Assembly (NCBI GenBank): GCA_964016885.1
Contig: CAXHJY010000048.1
Coordinates: forward strand, 1-39,847
Length of the DNA stretch: 39,847 nt
Source: Eledone cirrhosa
Taxonomy: Eukaryota
Direction: 5' to 3'
The position numbers and the translations under genes were made by a program. Positions within the stretch are counted from its first letter, which is position 1, and each line of letters opens with the position of its first letter. Below are positions 1-16,019 of the stretch, one piece after another. Under the pieces are notes generated by a model, which saw only the letters and a program-made list of their open reading frames with translations, was not told the origin of the DNA and ran no database searches.

Positions 1-4415
<4,415 letters not shown>

Positions 4416-4419
<4 letters not shown>

Positions 4420-4600
4420 GAACCAGTAAGACCCCGACAGCTGAGCTCAAGCCATTTCGACGGCTAATTGAAGCCGTCGAAATGGCTTGAGCTCAGCTGT
4501 CGGGGTCTTACTGGTTCCTATTACCCACTCTACTACCTCAAGTATTGAGTACTTTGGTGCGTTATGGTCCACCTGGTTCCTTACCACATTTCCTTCGTTA
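4416..4600 (+). mobile_element. Penelope-like pLTR-derived mini-element with perfect 50-bp fold-back and 3' half of a hammerhead ribozyme
   Basis: Perfect inverted arms 4416-4465/4472-4521 with loop AATTGA. Right arm reads agccgtc-GAAA-tggct-tgagctc-agctg-TC-ggggtc. Tail motif AGTATTGAGTACT at 4541. Flanked by (TA)n on both sides. Confidence 0.65.
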
Positions 4601-4771
4601 TATATATATATATATATATATATACCAGTGAGAGAAAAGGTGAGAAGTAGCGATTCAAAATAACTTTTTCGTCTGGTTTTCTCTATAAACAATTCTACCG
4701 TTTTTGCAAAACAAAAATGTTTCTATTGCTTAATTGAAGAGGTCGTAAGTCTAATGGCTTTCATAGAATTG

Positions 4772-5230
4772 GAAGGGGGAGTGGGAGTGGCAGTGAAAGG
4801 AGAGGCATGGGGAGGAGGATTGGAGAAGGAGAGGAAAACTAAAATAAAATTAAGATAATCATAAAAGAAATTGGTTCCGGAAAAACTGATGAGAAAGAAT
4901 GAATGAGAGAAAAGAGAGAAAGAGGGAGTGACGTAGAGGATAGAGAGTGAAGACAGAGAGAAAAAAGAAAATGAGAGGGTGAGAGTGAGACAGAAAGGGT
5001 GTATGGGTGAGAGAATGAGTGAGGTAGCAGATAGAAAGTGAAGACAGAGAAAAAGGAAAATGAGAGTGAGAAAGAGAGGGGGAATGAGAGGAAAAATAGA
5101 AATGGAGTGAAATTGTAATGAATAAATAAATAAGAGGAATAAATTTAAGCAAATAAATCTATTTTCTATAATTGAATAAAACCTGATTATTTTGAAGAAT
5201 GGATGGAGGGAAGGTAGAAATAAATGTAGA
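4772..5230. repeat. Purine (GA)-rich low-complexity tract
   Basis: Runs of gag/aga/gaa on the + strand; the minus-strand F/S/L-rich ORFs are compositional. Confidence 0.8.
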
Positions 5231-5277
5231 ATCAAACAAAATGAAATTTCAATGGAAATTCTAGTCTAAATAAGGAG

Positions 5278-5340
5278 ATCATCATCATTATTACCATTCA
5301 ATGTCCTTTCATCATGCAGGCATGGCTGGACAAGTCATCA
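5278..5340 (-). mobile_element. Degenerate RTE-type 3' tail remnant
   Basis: (ATC)n followed by ...ttcaatgtcc...catgcaggcatgg..ggac, resembling the reverse complement of the LINE 3' end at 25150-25212. Confidence 0.45.
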
Positions 5341-5654
5341 CAGATCAAGTCAGTACTTTATCAGAGCTACTGACCTCTGCAATGGGCTGGAGGATGTGGA
5401 GGTGTATCACTTATATATGTTTCAGCACTTTGCCGTGTGTACTCGGTGCATGGCCCCAGCAACACTAGGGAAGTTATCATGTTGACACAACTGAAGAGTC
5501 CTCTCAACTCTTTACTTGGCGTGATTCCTAAACCTAGATTCCTTTCCTAACATCAACTAGTGTAATGAGTGCATTTATTTGTGGCACCAGTACTTGGGGG
5601 ATTGTTATGTCCATGACATGACTGGCGAGTCCTCTCAACTCTTTTAGAAATGTA

Positions 5655-5775
5655 TATGGCTTTGTGGTTAAGAGGTTCACTTCCCAACTGTATTGTTTTA
5701 GATTCAATCCCATTGCATGACACCTTGAGCAAGTGTCTTCTAATTTAACCACTGATTAATCAAATCCTTGTGTGT
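5655..5775 (+). mobile_element. Degraded tRNA-derived SINE
   Basis: A-box-like tggctttgtggttaag, B-box-like gattcaatccc, then caccttgagcaagtgtcttct (CORE-like segment). Confidence 0.5.
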
Positions 5776-5999
5776 GCATTTCCAGTGCTTGAATCAGTGC
5801 CATATTAACCCTTGTCCAGGCACCAAGTCTTTCAGGTATTTAGGGCCAGTCTGGTACTTCAACTTTTCACCTCACTGCAACAAAATAAAACTGATGTGTG
5901 CTTAGTTAGTTGTATAATGTATTTAGTCCACCATATTCAAATTTCATAGAACATTATTCTTCCATAGTAGTTGGATCATAGTTCTATCCATTTCAATTA

Positions 6000-7100
6000 C
6001 TTTGTAGTTAAGGTAGATCTTGTAGATTTTTATGTCCACATGCATTGACTTTCATATTTTTCTATTTAAGGTTGGGCTTCTAATGAAGAGTATTTGGATG
6101 GCTTTTTTAGTACAGAGGTTGCATGACCTCCTGTTACTTGTATATGGTACAGACCTTGCTAAGCTCTTCCACTATACGCTGTATTCCTGTTGACTTTCTT
6201 TTCATCACTCTATGTGGGCTGATAGTGCTGTAACATTCCTTTGTACTGGATTACGGAAAGTATTCAAATGTTGATTGTAGCATTGCTTGAAGCCTATGAT
6301 GCTGATACATGTTTTTTTCAATAAAGTTGGTCTTCACAATGCATTGAGATTCAAGAAGGCAGTAATTGGGGACTGTACAGTTAAGATCAGAGGGCAGTAA
6401 TGGGACTTTACAGTTACAACCAGATGTTCTTGACCTTTATGTGTTTTCTGTCATGTTTATTTAGTTTAGCAATGTTAGATGCTGCAATGTTCTGGGCTGA
6501 ATTAGATGTGGCAGAATATATAATTTATTGAATATATTATGGTATCTAAGTTGTGGAGGGGAGTGTTTGTTTTGTTATTTTGTTTTTTGTAATAAAAAGG
6601 AAATCTTTGTTATTGGAATCACTACCTCTGTGTTATATTGTGGATTATACCATGTAATATTCCCAGATCTATTCCTCATGGTTATTCTTGCATTATTGTA
6701 AGTGATGTATGTTATTCCATCAATAAAAGCACTACATCAAATAGCCTTATTATAGAAGGGAGCATGGCCCTTGAAGATATGCTCATTGACCAAGATATTG
6801 TAAATTCTAATTGTGGACTTAAGATGATCAGAAGATTTATTTATGTAATGCAGAGATTTATTTGGCTTTCTGTATGACCAGTATAGACTGTTGTCTAGGT
6901 TTAGAGTGTATCTAAAAAATTCAGTGTTATGGTTAATTCAATTGTTACCTTAAAACCTAGGTCCCTAAAACAGAATGCAATCAATGGTGTGGCGGCATAT
7001 ATTAGCACAGTAACTGACCTGTTGTTGCAATACTGATCACCTTTGAAGGTGGGGAATTTATCTTGCATCTTGGAAACAATTCGGGGAGCTACTATCTCAG
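6000..7100 (-). pseudogene. Decayed Penelope-like element: RT C-terminal half plus GIY-YIG endonuclease
   Basis: Minus-strand translation gives ordered PLE motifs: FRDLGFKVTIE..LNFLD (~6910-6965), YRKPNKSLHYINKSSDH (~6825-6874), ITWYNPQY (6641-6652), NCTVPNYC..QC, FKQCYNQHLNTFRN..TALSAHI, WKSLARSVPY..SCNLC (6112-6123). Multiple stops and frameshifts. Confidence 0.8.
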
Positions 7101-7160
7101 TTGACAACACAGAGGTTTTCTCTCCAAATGTTGACAACAAAGAGATTTTCTCCAATCTCC

Positions 7161-7598
7161 AGATTGTATGATGTCTGTATGAGAAGTACAATCTTGAATG
7201 GCAGTGGGACATGAGTAGTGAATGCAAAGGATATGTGAAGGTTAGAGAGAAATTAAGTGAATATGCTCCATTGGATGTGTAAGGTTGATGTGCATGAGCA
7301 ACAAAGCATGAATGAACTGAGAGAATGTAGTGTGTAAGAAAGAAGACTGCACAGATATGGATATATGAAGCATGTGGATGATGATAGTTGGGTGAAGAAG
7401 TGCCAAGAGATCCTAATGCAAGGCTGCTGCATTAGAGAAAGACTGAAGATGACTTTAGCTAAAGTAGTGAGAGCAGATCTTAAACTGCTGCACCTCACAA
7501 GGAGATGAAGTAATGTAATAAGTGTAGAGAGGTTGTATTGGAAAAAAAAAACATCCAACCCATACAAGCATGGGAAACAGACATAAAATGATGATGAT
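7161..7598 (+). mobile_element. Old RTE LINE 3' fragment (diverged subfamily)
   Basis: Degenerate match to the C-terminus of the 21379-24813 ORF (RLYD.C, L.GS.T, LER, MLHWMC, NELR), ending ccaacccatacaagcatgggaaacagac..(GAT)n. Confidence 0.75.
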
Positions 7599-7796
7599 AC
7601 ATCGCAAAAGAGCTGTCAGAGAGACTCTTCAAACTTTATTACATTTTTCTGAGTATAGGGGATTACCTTAATTTGATAGTTGTCTAAGCTAGCTGTGTTG
7701 GTGATGGCGGTGGTGGAATAGAGTAAACTGTAGTGATAGTGTTGGTATTAATGACGGTAGTAAAAGTGGTTTAGTAGTAGCAGAAAGATACACAAT

Positions 7797-9282
7797 ATAC
7801 ATACATGTACAAATACATACATGTACACATACATACATGTACACATACATACATGTACACATACATTCATGTACACATACATTCATGTACACATACATTC
7901 ATGTACACATACATTCATGTACACATACATACATGTACACATACATACATGTACACATACATTCATGTACACATACATTCATGTACACATACATTCATGT
8001 ACACATACATTCATGTACACATACATTCATGTACACATACATTCATGTACACATACATACATGTACACATACATACATGTACACATACATTCATGTACAC
8101 ATTCATACATACATTCATGTACACATACATGTACACATACATACATGTACACATACATTCATGTACACATTCATACATACATTCATGTACACATACATAC
8201 ATGTACACATTCATACATGTACACATACATACATTCATGTACACATACATACATTCATGTACACATACAACATACATGTACATACAACATACATGTACAT
8301 ACAACATACATGTACATACAACATACATGTACACATACATACATGTACACATACAACATACATGTACACATACATACATGTACATGTACATACATGTACA
8401 CATACATTCATGTACACATACATTCATGTACACATACATACATTCATGTACACATACATACATGTACACATACATTCATGTACATATACATTCATGTACA
8501 CATACATACATTCATGTACACATACATACATTCATGTACACATACATTCATGTACACATACATTCATGTACACATACATACATGTACACATACATACATG
8601 TACACATACATTCATGTACACATACATACATGTACACATACATTCATGTACACATTCATACATGTACACATACATACATGTACACATACATTCATGTACA
8701 TATACATTCATGTACACATACATACATGTACACATACATTCATGTACACATACATACATTCATGTGCACATACATACATTCATGTACACATACATTCATG
8801 TACACATACATACATGTACACATTCATACATGTACACATACATACATGTACACATACATTCATGTACACATACATACATTCATGTACACATACATTCATG
8901 TACACATACATACATTCATGTACACATACATACATTCATGTACACATACATTCATGTACACATACATTCATGTACACATACATACATTCATGTACACATA
9001 CATTCATGTACACATACATTCATGTACACATACATACATGTACACATTCATACATGTACACATACATACATGTACACATACATTCATGTACACATACATA
9101 CATGTACACATATAACATACATGTACGCATACATACATGTACACATACATACATGTACACATATAACATACATGTACACATACAACATACATGTACACAT
9201 ACAACATACATGTACACACAACATACATGTACACACAACATACAGGTACACACAACATACAGGTACACATACATACATGTAC

Positions 9283-9283
<1 letters not shown>
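7797..9283. repeat. Minisatellite, ~16-bp unit ACATACAT(T/A)CATGTAC with 12-20 bp variants
   Basis: Direct reading of tandem units such as catgtacacatacatt; runs into a (TA)n tract at 9284-9345. Confidence 0.95.
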
Positions 9284-9346
<63 letters not shown>

Positions 9347-9504
9347 CTACACATTCATACAGAAGAACACGTACACATAGCTACGCACATGCACACAGAT
9401 ACACATAACTTCACGGAAACAGGAAGATTAACTTTCACACATCCCACACACTGCATTTCCTTCCGATCCACCCAGAAAGTCTCTCTCTCTCTCTCTCTCT
9501 CAAG

Positions 9505-9597
9505 TGAGAGAGAAATCCCTCCAACACGCCCACCACCACCACAGCTACACCCTCCCCCAATTAAACCCACCTCATGGTTCGATGAATAAACGAGCAG
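9505..9597 (+). CDS. Candidate host exon encoding a Pro-rich C-terminus (EREIPPTRPPPPQLHPPPIKPTSWFDE*)
   Basis: (CT)n tract then caag acceptor at 9503-9504; non-repetitive protein-like peptide; stop ends at 9589; cag|gtaggg donor-like site at 9597/9598. Not recognised as a specific gene. Confidence 0.3.
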
Positions 9598-9966
9598 GTA
9601 GGGTGGTAGCTTAAAGTAGGATAATGGCAGGAGTAGGTGTGGCAATGTTGTAACCACTCCACACGGGGAGGAGGGGGGGGGGGGGGGAGAAAGGAGGAGA
9701 AAGTAAAAAGTGACTTTATATGTATATCAGTGTGCATACTTTTGTGTGTATATATACTGTTGTGTGTACGTGTGAATGCATGTATGTGTGTGTATATATA
9801 TATATATATATATCAATGTGTATATGCCTGGGTGTGTTTATGTGAATGCATATATATATATATTTTATATTAATGTGCATATTCTTCTGTGTGTATGTAT
9901 GTATGTATGTGCTAATGTCTGTATAAATGTATGTGTGTGTGCACATGCCTGTATATGAATGCATGC

Positions 9967-10017
<51 letters not shown>

Positions 10018-10795
10018 ATATTAACAAATGGAAACTATATTTATAAAAACATATTTATTTCATTATACATATTTCAAGGGCCACCAAGGCAGATTATGGT
10101 GTGCTTTCATTAGATAAAATATAATATAGATTAGTTTTATAAATAAATATTGACATACCCTGAAAAAATGCAACCTTCACGGTTGGAGTCTCCCGGATAT
10201 ATATATATGTATGTATATTTGTATGTTTGTATGAACATTCATCTGCGTCAGTGTGCATGTTGCATGAATGTGTAAAATGATAATGTTGATAGTGTTGATA
10301 GTGATGGTAATGGTGATAGTGGTGATAGTGTTGGCTATGTTAATAATGTTGGTAGGTGTATATATGATAGGAGATTAAGATGAGAGATAAGGGAAGATGA
10401 AAATGGTGATAGAAGTATAGATAAAAGAAGATGAAAGATGTATAGATGAGCAAAGATGAAAGAAGATGATAATCATATAGATGAGAGAAGATGGGTGATG
10501 ATAGATGTATGGATGAGAGAAGATGGGTGATGATAGATGTATGGGTGAGTGATGATAGATGAAAGTGATGAGAGATGTATAGATAAGAAAAGATGATAGA
10601 TGCATAAATGAGGGAAGATGAAAGATTTATAGATGAGATGTGATGAGAGATGTGTAGATGAAGGTGGTGAGGTGATGGGGTGGAGATGAGAAAAGGGAGA
10701 ATGGTATGAAAGAAAAAATGTTTTTTAAATGTAAAAGCTCTAGAAGAAAAAAAAACAACTTAAGATATAGGTCATGATCTATTAACAGGGTACTG

Positions 10796-11171
10796 TGGTA
10801 GTGATGGTTATGATGGTGGTGGTAGTGATGGTTATGATGGTGGTGGTAGTGATGGTTATGATGGTGGTGGTAGTGGTGGTTATGATGGTGGTGGTAGTGA
10901 TGGTTATGATGGTGGTGGTAGTGGTGGTTATGATGGTGGTGGTAGTGATGGTTATGATGGTGGTGGTAGTGATGGTTATGATGGTGGTGGTAGTGGTGGT
11001 TATGATGGTGGTGGTAGTGATGGTTATGATGGTGGTGGTAGTGATGGTTATGATGGTGGTGGTAGTGGTGGTTATGATGGTGGTGGTAGTGATGGTTGTG
11101 ATGGTGGTGGTAGTGATGGTTGTGATAGTGATGGTGGTGATCATGATTGTGGTGATAGTGATGGTGGTGAT
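10796..11171. repeat. GGT/GAT-derived minisatellite (21/24-bp units, e.g. GTGATGGTTATGATGGTGGTGGTA)
   Basis: Tandem units read directly; gives the V/M and T/I ORF artefacts. Confidence 0.93.
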
Positions 11172-11294
11172 ACTGCTGCCATCATTTTCTTCTGAAAATA
11201 AATCTCATACCCTACTCACATGTATTGAGTGCTCATTCAGTTATTGTTTGAATGTTTTATGTACACTGTACATAGAACACTCTCTTTATATATA

Positions 11295-11526
11295 TATATA
11301 TTTATGTAGGATACCAATGTAAATCAGGAGGTGACCACTGTCAAAAAGAATACTCAATACGTTAGTAGAGTATAGGCATATTCATTTTATTATAGAAATG
11401 ACTTCTACAGGACTAGAGCTGTTTCATTCATAAGAAATCATCAAGAAAGACTTTCCTTGTGATTCCTTATGAATGAAACAGTTCTAGTCCAGTAGACATC
11501 ATTTCTATAATATAATGAATATATGT
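11295..11526 (-). mobile_element. Penelope-like pLTR fragment with imperfect ~70-bp fold-back; degenerate HHR in each arm
   Basis: Arms ~11378-11445 / 11456-11523. Minus strand reads TTGATGA-tttc-ttat-gaat-GAAAC-agctcta-GTC (11411-11444). Tail motif GTATTGAGTATT on minus strand at 11349-11360. Adjacent to (TA)n. Confidence 0.6.
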
Positions 11527-11630
11527 CCAGGATATCTGTAGATAAAGGTCAAAGAAAACAATGCTCAATCTATTGCAGAAGAGCTTATTTAGTATAAATA
11601 AAGTTTCATACACTTAAAATGTATGTGCGA

Positions 11631-11762
11631 CCTTAGGTTTCAGGGTCCAGTTAGGCCACCACTGTATATTGGAAAAGCTTCTGAACATCTGATGTGAAGC
11701 CAGTTTTGAAGAAGCTCCTCCACTATACAGTGGTAGCCTTAAATGAACCACAAAACCTAAGG
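11631..11762. repeat. Imperfect ~55-bp inverted repeat, probable PLE fold-back
   Basis: ccttaggtttcagggtccagttaggccaccactgtata.. versus ..tatacagtggtagccttaaatgaaccacaaaacctaagg. Minus strand has GAAAC-ctaag-GTC at 11629-11641 and an ATTGAGCAT tail motif at 11561-11569. Confidence 0.6.
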
Positions 11763-12275
11763 ATTTGGACACCATGGCTCACTCAAGAAGGGAGTTATTG
11801 TTTGTGGAGACATATCCAGGATTTCTTGAAGGAATTTGTCCAAAGACTGCTACAGAAAAGTGAAGATATTTAATTTTTCTGTAGCAGCATATTTTATAAT
11901 TTTTCTGTAACAGCATGTTTTTTAATTTTTTTAAATTTTTAATGCATTTATATGTTCCTAATTTTTATTGCATTTATCTGCTCCTATTCTTTTTATGCCT
12001 CTTCCACCTCTGTCATCTCCTTATAATATATAACCAGCAATTTCTCTATCTGTCTGTCCGACCGTGGAAACACGTGCGCGCGTGGTTGCTATCTCTCTCT
12101 CTCTCCATCTGTCTGTTTCTCTCATGCTCACTCTTTCTCTTTGTAACACACTAACATTCCTCCCCTCTATCGCTGTGACGAATGGGGAGATGGAGGAGGA
12201 GGAGAGAGTCACTTCGTCACACACCTCTGCCTTTCTTTCTCTCCCCTCTCACTCCCTTATTATGTACAGACATTA

Positions 12276-12468
12276 GGACGGTGGATTGGCAGAATCTGTA
12301 GAGAGTCGGACACCATGCTTCATAGCATGGAGTTACGTCTCTTTACGGTCTTAGTTCAAATACCGCCGAGGTTAACTTTGCCTTTCATCCTCACGGGGTC
12401 GATAAAATAAAGTACCAGTAATGTACTGGGTAATTGCTGGCCTTGTGCCAAAAGTAGAAACAATTATT
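12276..12468 (+). mobile_element. tRNA-derived SINE, family A
   Basis: A box tggcagaatctg, B box gttcaaatac, conserved core gaggttaactttgcctttcatcc..ggggtcgataaaataaagtaccag, (ATT) tail; homologous copies at 27276, 30300 and 30532. Confidence 0.88.
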
Positions 12469-12587
12469 AGAAACATTGCTTCATTTTTACATATCTAAGC
12501 ATTAGTAAAATAACTAATAATTTCAAAAGTAATTTTTCAATTCCAATTGTTATGAACTGCAAAACATTAATAATAATTTTGTTCTAA

Positions 12588-12856
12588 GAAATATATATAC
12601 ATTTCTGTGTGTGTAATATATATATATACACACAGAAATATATATTCATTTCTGTGTGTGTAATATATATATATATATATACACACACAGAAATATATAT
12701 ATATACACACAGAAATATATATACATTTCTGTGTGTGTAAATGATGATGATGATGATACACACAGAAATATATATATATTTCTATGTGTGTAATATATAT
12801 ATATATATATACACACACAGAAATATATATACATTTGTGTGTGTAATATATATATA
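12588..12856. repeat. Alternating-orientation short repeat (ACACACAGAAATATATAT / ATTTCTGTGTGTGT)
   Basis: The unit and its reverse complement alternate several times, separated by TA runs. Confidence 0.8.
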
Positions 12857-12893
12857 GACTAGAACTGTTTCATTCTTGAGAAATCACCAGGAA
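12857..12893 (-). ncRNA. Isolated hammerhead core fragment (degenerate)
   Basis: Minus strand: CTGGTGA-tttc-tcaa-gaat-GAAAC-agttcta-GTC followed directly by (TA)n; same family as the 11411-11489 motifs. Confidence 0.55.
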
Positions 12894-12895
12894 TA

Positions 12896-12939
<44 letters not shown>

Positions 12940-13110
12940 CAATATCGGAGAAAGCTTTTTAGCGATACTCCGGCCAAATTCCAACTCACTCAATGAACAT
13001 TAGGAAATAAGTGATTATATTCCCAATTATGCGTTCGGGGTGCTAACTAAAAGTATTGCGTGGAAAATTGGCCGTATTATTTCATATGAGACATATCGAA
13101 TATATCTCTT

Positions 13111-13237
13111 CCCAGACGGACGTCTCGTTTCATTATAGGATTCCTACAATTTGGGTTAAATTATACCAATTTATGTAGGAGCTTGTAGACCATCAATAGA
13201 TATATATTCAAGTGGGCTCCTATAATTCATCAGTGGG
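13111..13237 (-). ncRNA. Type-I hammerhead ribozyme, intact core, expanded stem II
   Basis: Minus strand: ccca-CTGATGA-[attatagga...tcctataat]-GAAA-cg-agacgtc-cG-TC/tggg. Stem I 4 bp, stem II base 9 bp, palindromic GACGTC in loop III, GUC cleavage triplet. Confidence 0.82.
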
Positions 13238-13446
13238 TGCCCCAATAATACTAATATTGATAATCTAACCAACATCAGTATTTAGCGATAATCATCATCT
13301 GTACCTGAGGTATCTGTCAGGTTGCCAGTCCAGCAGTTCTAAAGAAATGCTCAAACTGATTCAAAAATGAGGAAGTAAATTACCGCCAAAAAAACAATAC
13401 ATGCGCATGACAATGAACTCTAAAAGGAATTCAATATATATTGGTT

Positions 13447-13497
13447 AGTTTCAGAAGATCCCGTTAAGGGTGAGAGCAGCGATTCTTTCCTTAAACT
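13447..13497 (+). ncRNA. Variant hammerhead-like motif (CAGAAGA core), copy 1, further decayed (GAGA)
   Basis: agttt-CAGAAGA-tccc-gttaa-gggt-GAGA-gca..tcc-TT/aaact. Confidence 0.45.
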
Positions 13498-13513
13498 TTA
13501 ATCTTTTATTTTA

Positions 13514-13563
<50 letters not shown>

Positions 13564-14067
13564 GTACGTATGTAATATATTAATAATATATATGTAATGT
13601 ATGTATATATAATATATAATATATATATATATATGTTAGTAAATACGAAGAAATATTTTTACTATTCCACACACATATAATATATATGTTATGTCGTCGA
13701 TCACTGATTCCAACAACCAGCGTTCTAGGCCAGCACGTGACACCTGCGTTCCCAGCCATGGCACGCATGACCTTGGAGTAGTTACCATGGAGATCTAGCC
13801 AGACACAGCCGAGTTCTTTGAATTTACAGACGACAACTTTAAGACTGGCTTTTGGTGTTTTAACCAACTCACTGGGGCTGAGCATATAATATATATATGT
13901 GTGTGTGTGTTATATGTGTGTATGCGTGTGTGTGTGTCTGTGTTATATGTGTGTGTATGCATGTGTGTGTGTATTATGTGTGTGTGTGTTATATATGTGT
14001 GTGTGTGTGCGTGTGTGTGTTTTATATATGGGTGTGTGTTATATGTGTGTGTGTGTATATATAATAT

Positions 14068-15949
14068 ATCATCATCATCATCAACGTTTAACGTCCGTGT
14101 TCCACGCTTGCATGGGTTTGGACGGGGGTTTTCCTACTTGAGGCAAGAGTGATTGTCTTGCTCGCATAGGACTGTCTGGCGGGTTTTCTACAGCTGGATG
14201 CCCTTCCTAACACCAACCACATTTACAGTGTGGGGCTGGGAGGTTTTTACCGTGTTGCCTACACGGCCACATTACAGCGTGGACTGTGTGTTTTTTGTTG
14301 TGACACCTACACGATCTCATTTGTTTCGGCCTGGATGTTGTGGCACCAACATAACTTTACATTGAAAGGGGCTGTGTGGATGGGGTGGGGGTGGGTGGGA
14401 CGGGGGGGTGTTTTGTTAGAGATGCCTACTGACTGTAGTAGGTTTTACTTTGTATTTTAGGTAAGGCGGGTCTTCTCTATTACTGAGTACCGCCAAAGGT
14501 CTCGGTCCAGTGACATTCTCTTGGAGAGGTGTAAGCGTGTGAGGTCGGAATTTATCATGTCGTCCCAGGTTTTTCTGGGTCTGCCTACTCCGTGGCTACC
14601 GTCTATCTTTATTGCCCTGCACTTTGTTATACAGCTGTCGTCTTTCATGCGCATCACGTGACCATACCAACGTAGCCTTCTCTCGAGTAAACAACATCTG
14701 ATCCTTCTTATTTCTAATTTTTTCCTTAGTTCGTTTATGCTTAGCTGTTCACGTATATTACTATTACACATCCAGCGGAGCATGCAAGCTTCGTTCCTCT
14801 CTAGTCTGCGTATATCCTCTGCACACAATGCCCAGGTCTCGCTGCCATGCAGCATTGCTGTTCGTATGCAAGCATCATATAACCTGCCTTTTATTTTTAG
14901 GGAGAACCCTTTAGCGGCTAATAGTGGTATAAGCTCTCTGAACTTTTTCCATCCAGTTCTGACTCTAGCTACTGTACTTTCAGAGCACCCTCCCCCACTG
15001 CTGATTTTGTCACCCAGGTAACGGAAGCTGTCCACTATTTCTATAGAACCCTCTGCGCAATTGAAAGAGCTAGTATTTTGTGGGCACTTGCTGCTACTTA
15101 TTGCACCAGAGCACCGGCCATATGTAAAATCTATGTTCTTAGTTAGCTTACCTGTGATCCCACTACATCTTTTATGCACCCATACTTTGCATTCGGGACA
15201 TAAAATGGAGTTTCTACCTACGCCTTTCCTACACACTGAGCATGGCCATTTCCCGGAAGGGACCGCCGCCTTATTTTCTTTCCTACAAACTAGAACTTTA
15301 GTCTTAGCCAGGTTAATTTTAAGGCCTTTTGATTCTAGGCTGTGCTTCCATGTTTGGAATTTCTTCTCTAGCTCGGTCATTGATTCAGCTATGAGCGTTA
15401 GATCATCTGCAAATAGGAGTTCCCATGGGCAGCCGGTCTTGAACTCCTCTGTTATAGCCTGAAGGGCAATAATAAATAGTAGGGGGCTAAGAACAGAGCC
15501 CTGATGGACACCAACTTTTACGCTAAACTCTTCACTATATTCGTTGTTAATTCTAACCTTGCTGACTGTTTCTTTATACATGGCTTGTATAGCTCTCACA
15601 AGCCATTCGTCAACACCTAGTTTTCTAAGAGCCCACCAGATAATGGAACGGGGGATTCTGTCGAAGGCTTTCTCCAAGTCAACAAAAGCTAAGTATAGGG
15701 GTTTACGTTTAGCTAGGTACTTCTCCTGTAGTTGTCGTACAATGAAAAGAGCGTCTGTGGTACTTTTGCCTGACACAAACCCGAACTGCATTTCATCTAG
15801 ATCAATTCTCTCTCTGATTAGTTGCGCTATTACTTTTTCCGTGACCTTCATGACCTGGTCGATTAATTTAATGCCTCTATAGTTACACCTATCTAGGGCA
15901 TCTCCTTTACCCTTGTAACAGTTAATGATGATGCTGCTATGCCAGTCCT
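14068..15949 (-). mobile_element. 5'-truncated RTE LINE copy
   Basis: Reverse complement is collinear with ~23321-25200 of the intact copy, including 3' UTR and (GAT)n tail; truncated into (TA)n at ~15949. Confidence 0.96.
14457..15851 (-). CDS. Partial RTE reverse transcriptase (no endonuclease; FADD instead of YADD)
   Basis: 464-aa ORF nearly identical to the C-terminal part of the 21379-24813 product. Confidence 0.85.
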   Translation of the reverse strand: MKVTEKVIAQLIRERIDLDEMQFGFVSGKSTTDALFIVRQLQEKYLAKRKPLYLAFVDLEKAFDRIPRSIIWWALRKLGVDEWLVRAIQAMYKETVSKVRINNEYSEEFSVKVGVHQGSVLSPLLFIIALQAITEEFKTGCPWELLFADDLTLIAESMTELEKKFQTWKHSLESKGLKINLAKTKVLVCRKENKAAVPSGKWPCSVCRKGVGRNSILCPECKVWVHKRCSGITGKLTKNIDFTYGRCSGAISSSKCPQNTSSFNCAEGSIEIVDSFRYLGDKISSGGGCSESTVARVRTGWKKFRELIPLLAAKGFSLKIKGRLYDACIRTAMLHGSETWALCAEDIRRLERNEACMLRWMCNSNIREQLSINELRKKLEIRRIRCCLLERRLRWYGHVMRMKDDSCITKCRAIKIDGSHGVGRPRKTWDDMINSDLTRLHLSKRMSLDRDLWRYSVIEKTRLT

Positions 15950-15978
15950 ATATTTATATATATATATATTTATATATA

Positions 15979-16019
<41 letters not shown>

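Noticed and set aside
4885-4915. CTGATGA...GAAA in the GA-rich tract (also CTGAAGA at 5491 and 7443)
   Set aside because: No stem I/II/III pairing or correctly placed NUH; chance matches.
7805-9408. His/Thr/Cys-rich 436-523 aa ORFs resembling metal-binding proteins
   Set aside because: 16-bp minisatellite open in all three frames.
10079-10098. Possible 20-nt micro-exon (ttcaag|ggccaccaaggcagattatg|gtgtgc)
   Set aside because: Weak splice signals and too short to support from sequence alone.
10782-11322. Thr-rich mucin-like and Val/Met-rich ORFs
   Set aside because: GGT/GAT minisatellite with no splice or domain context.
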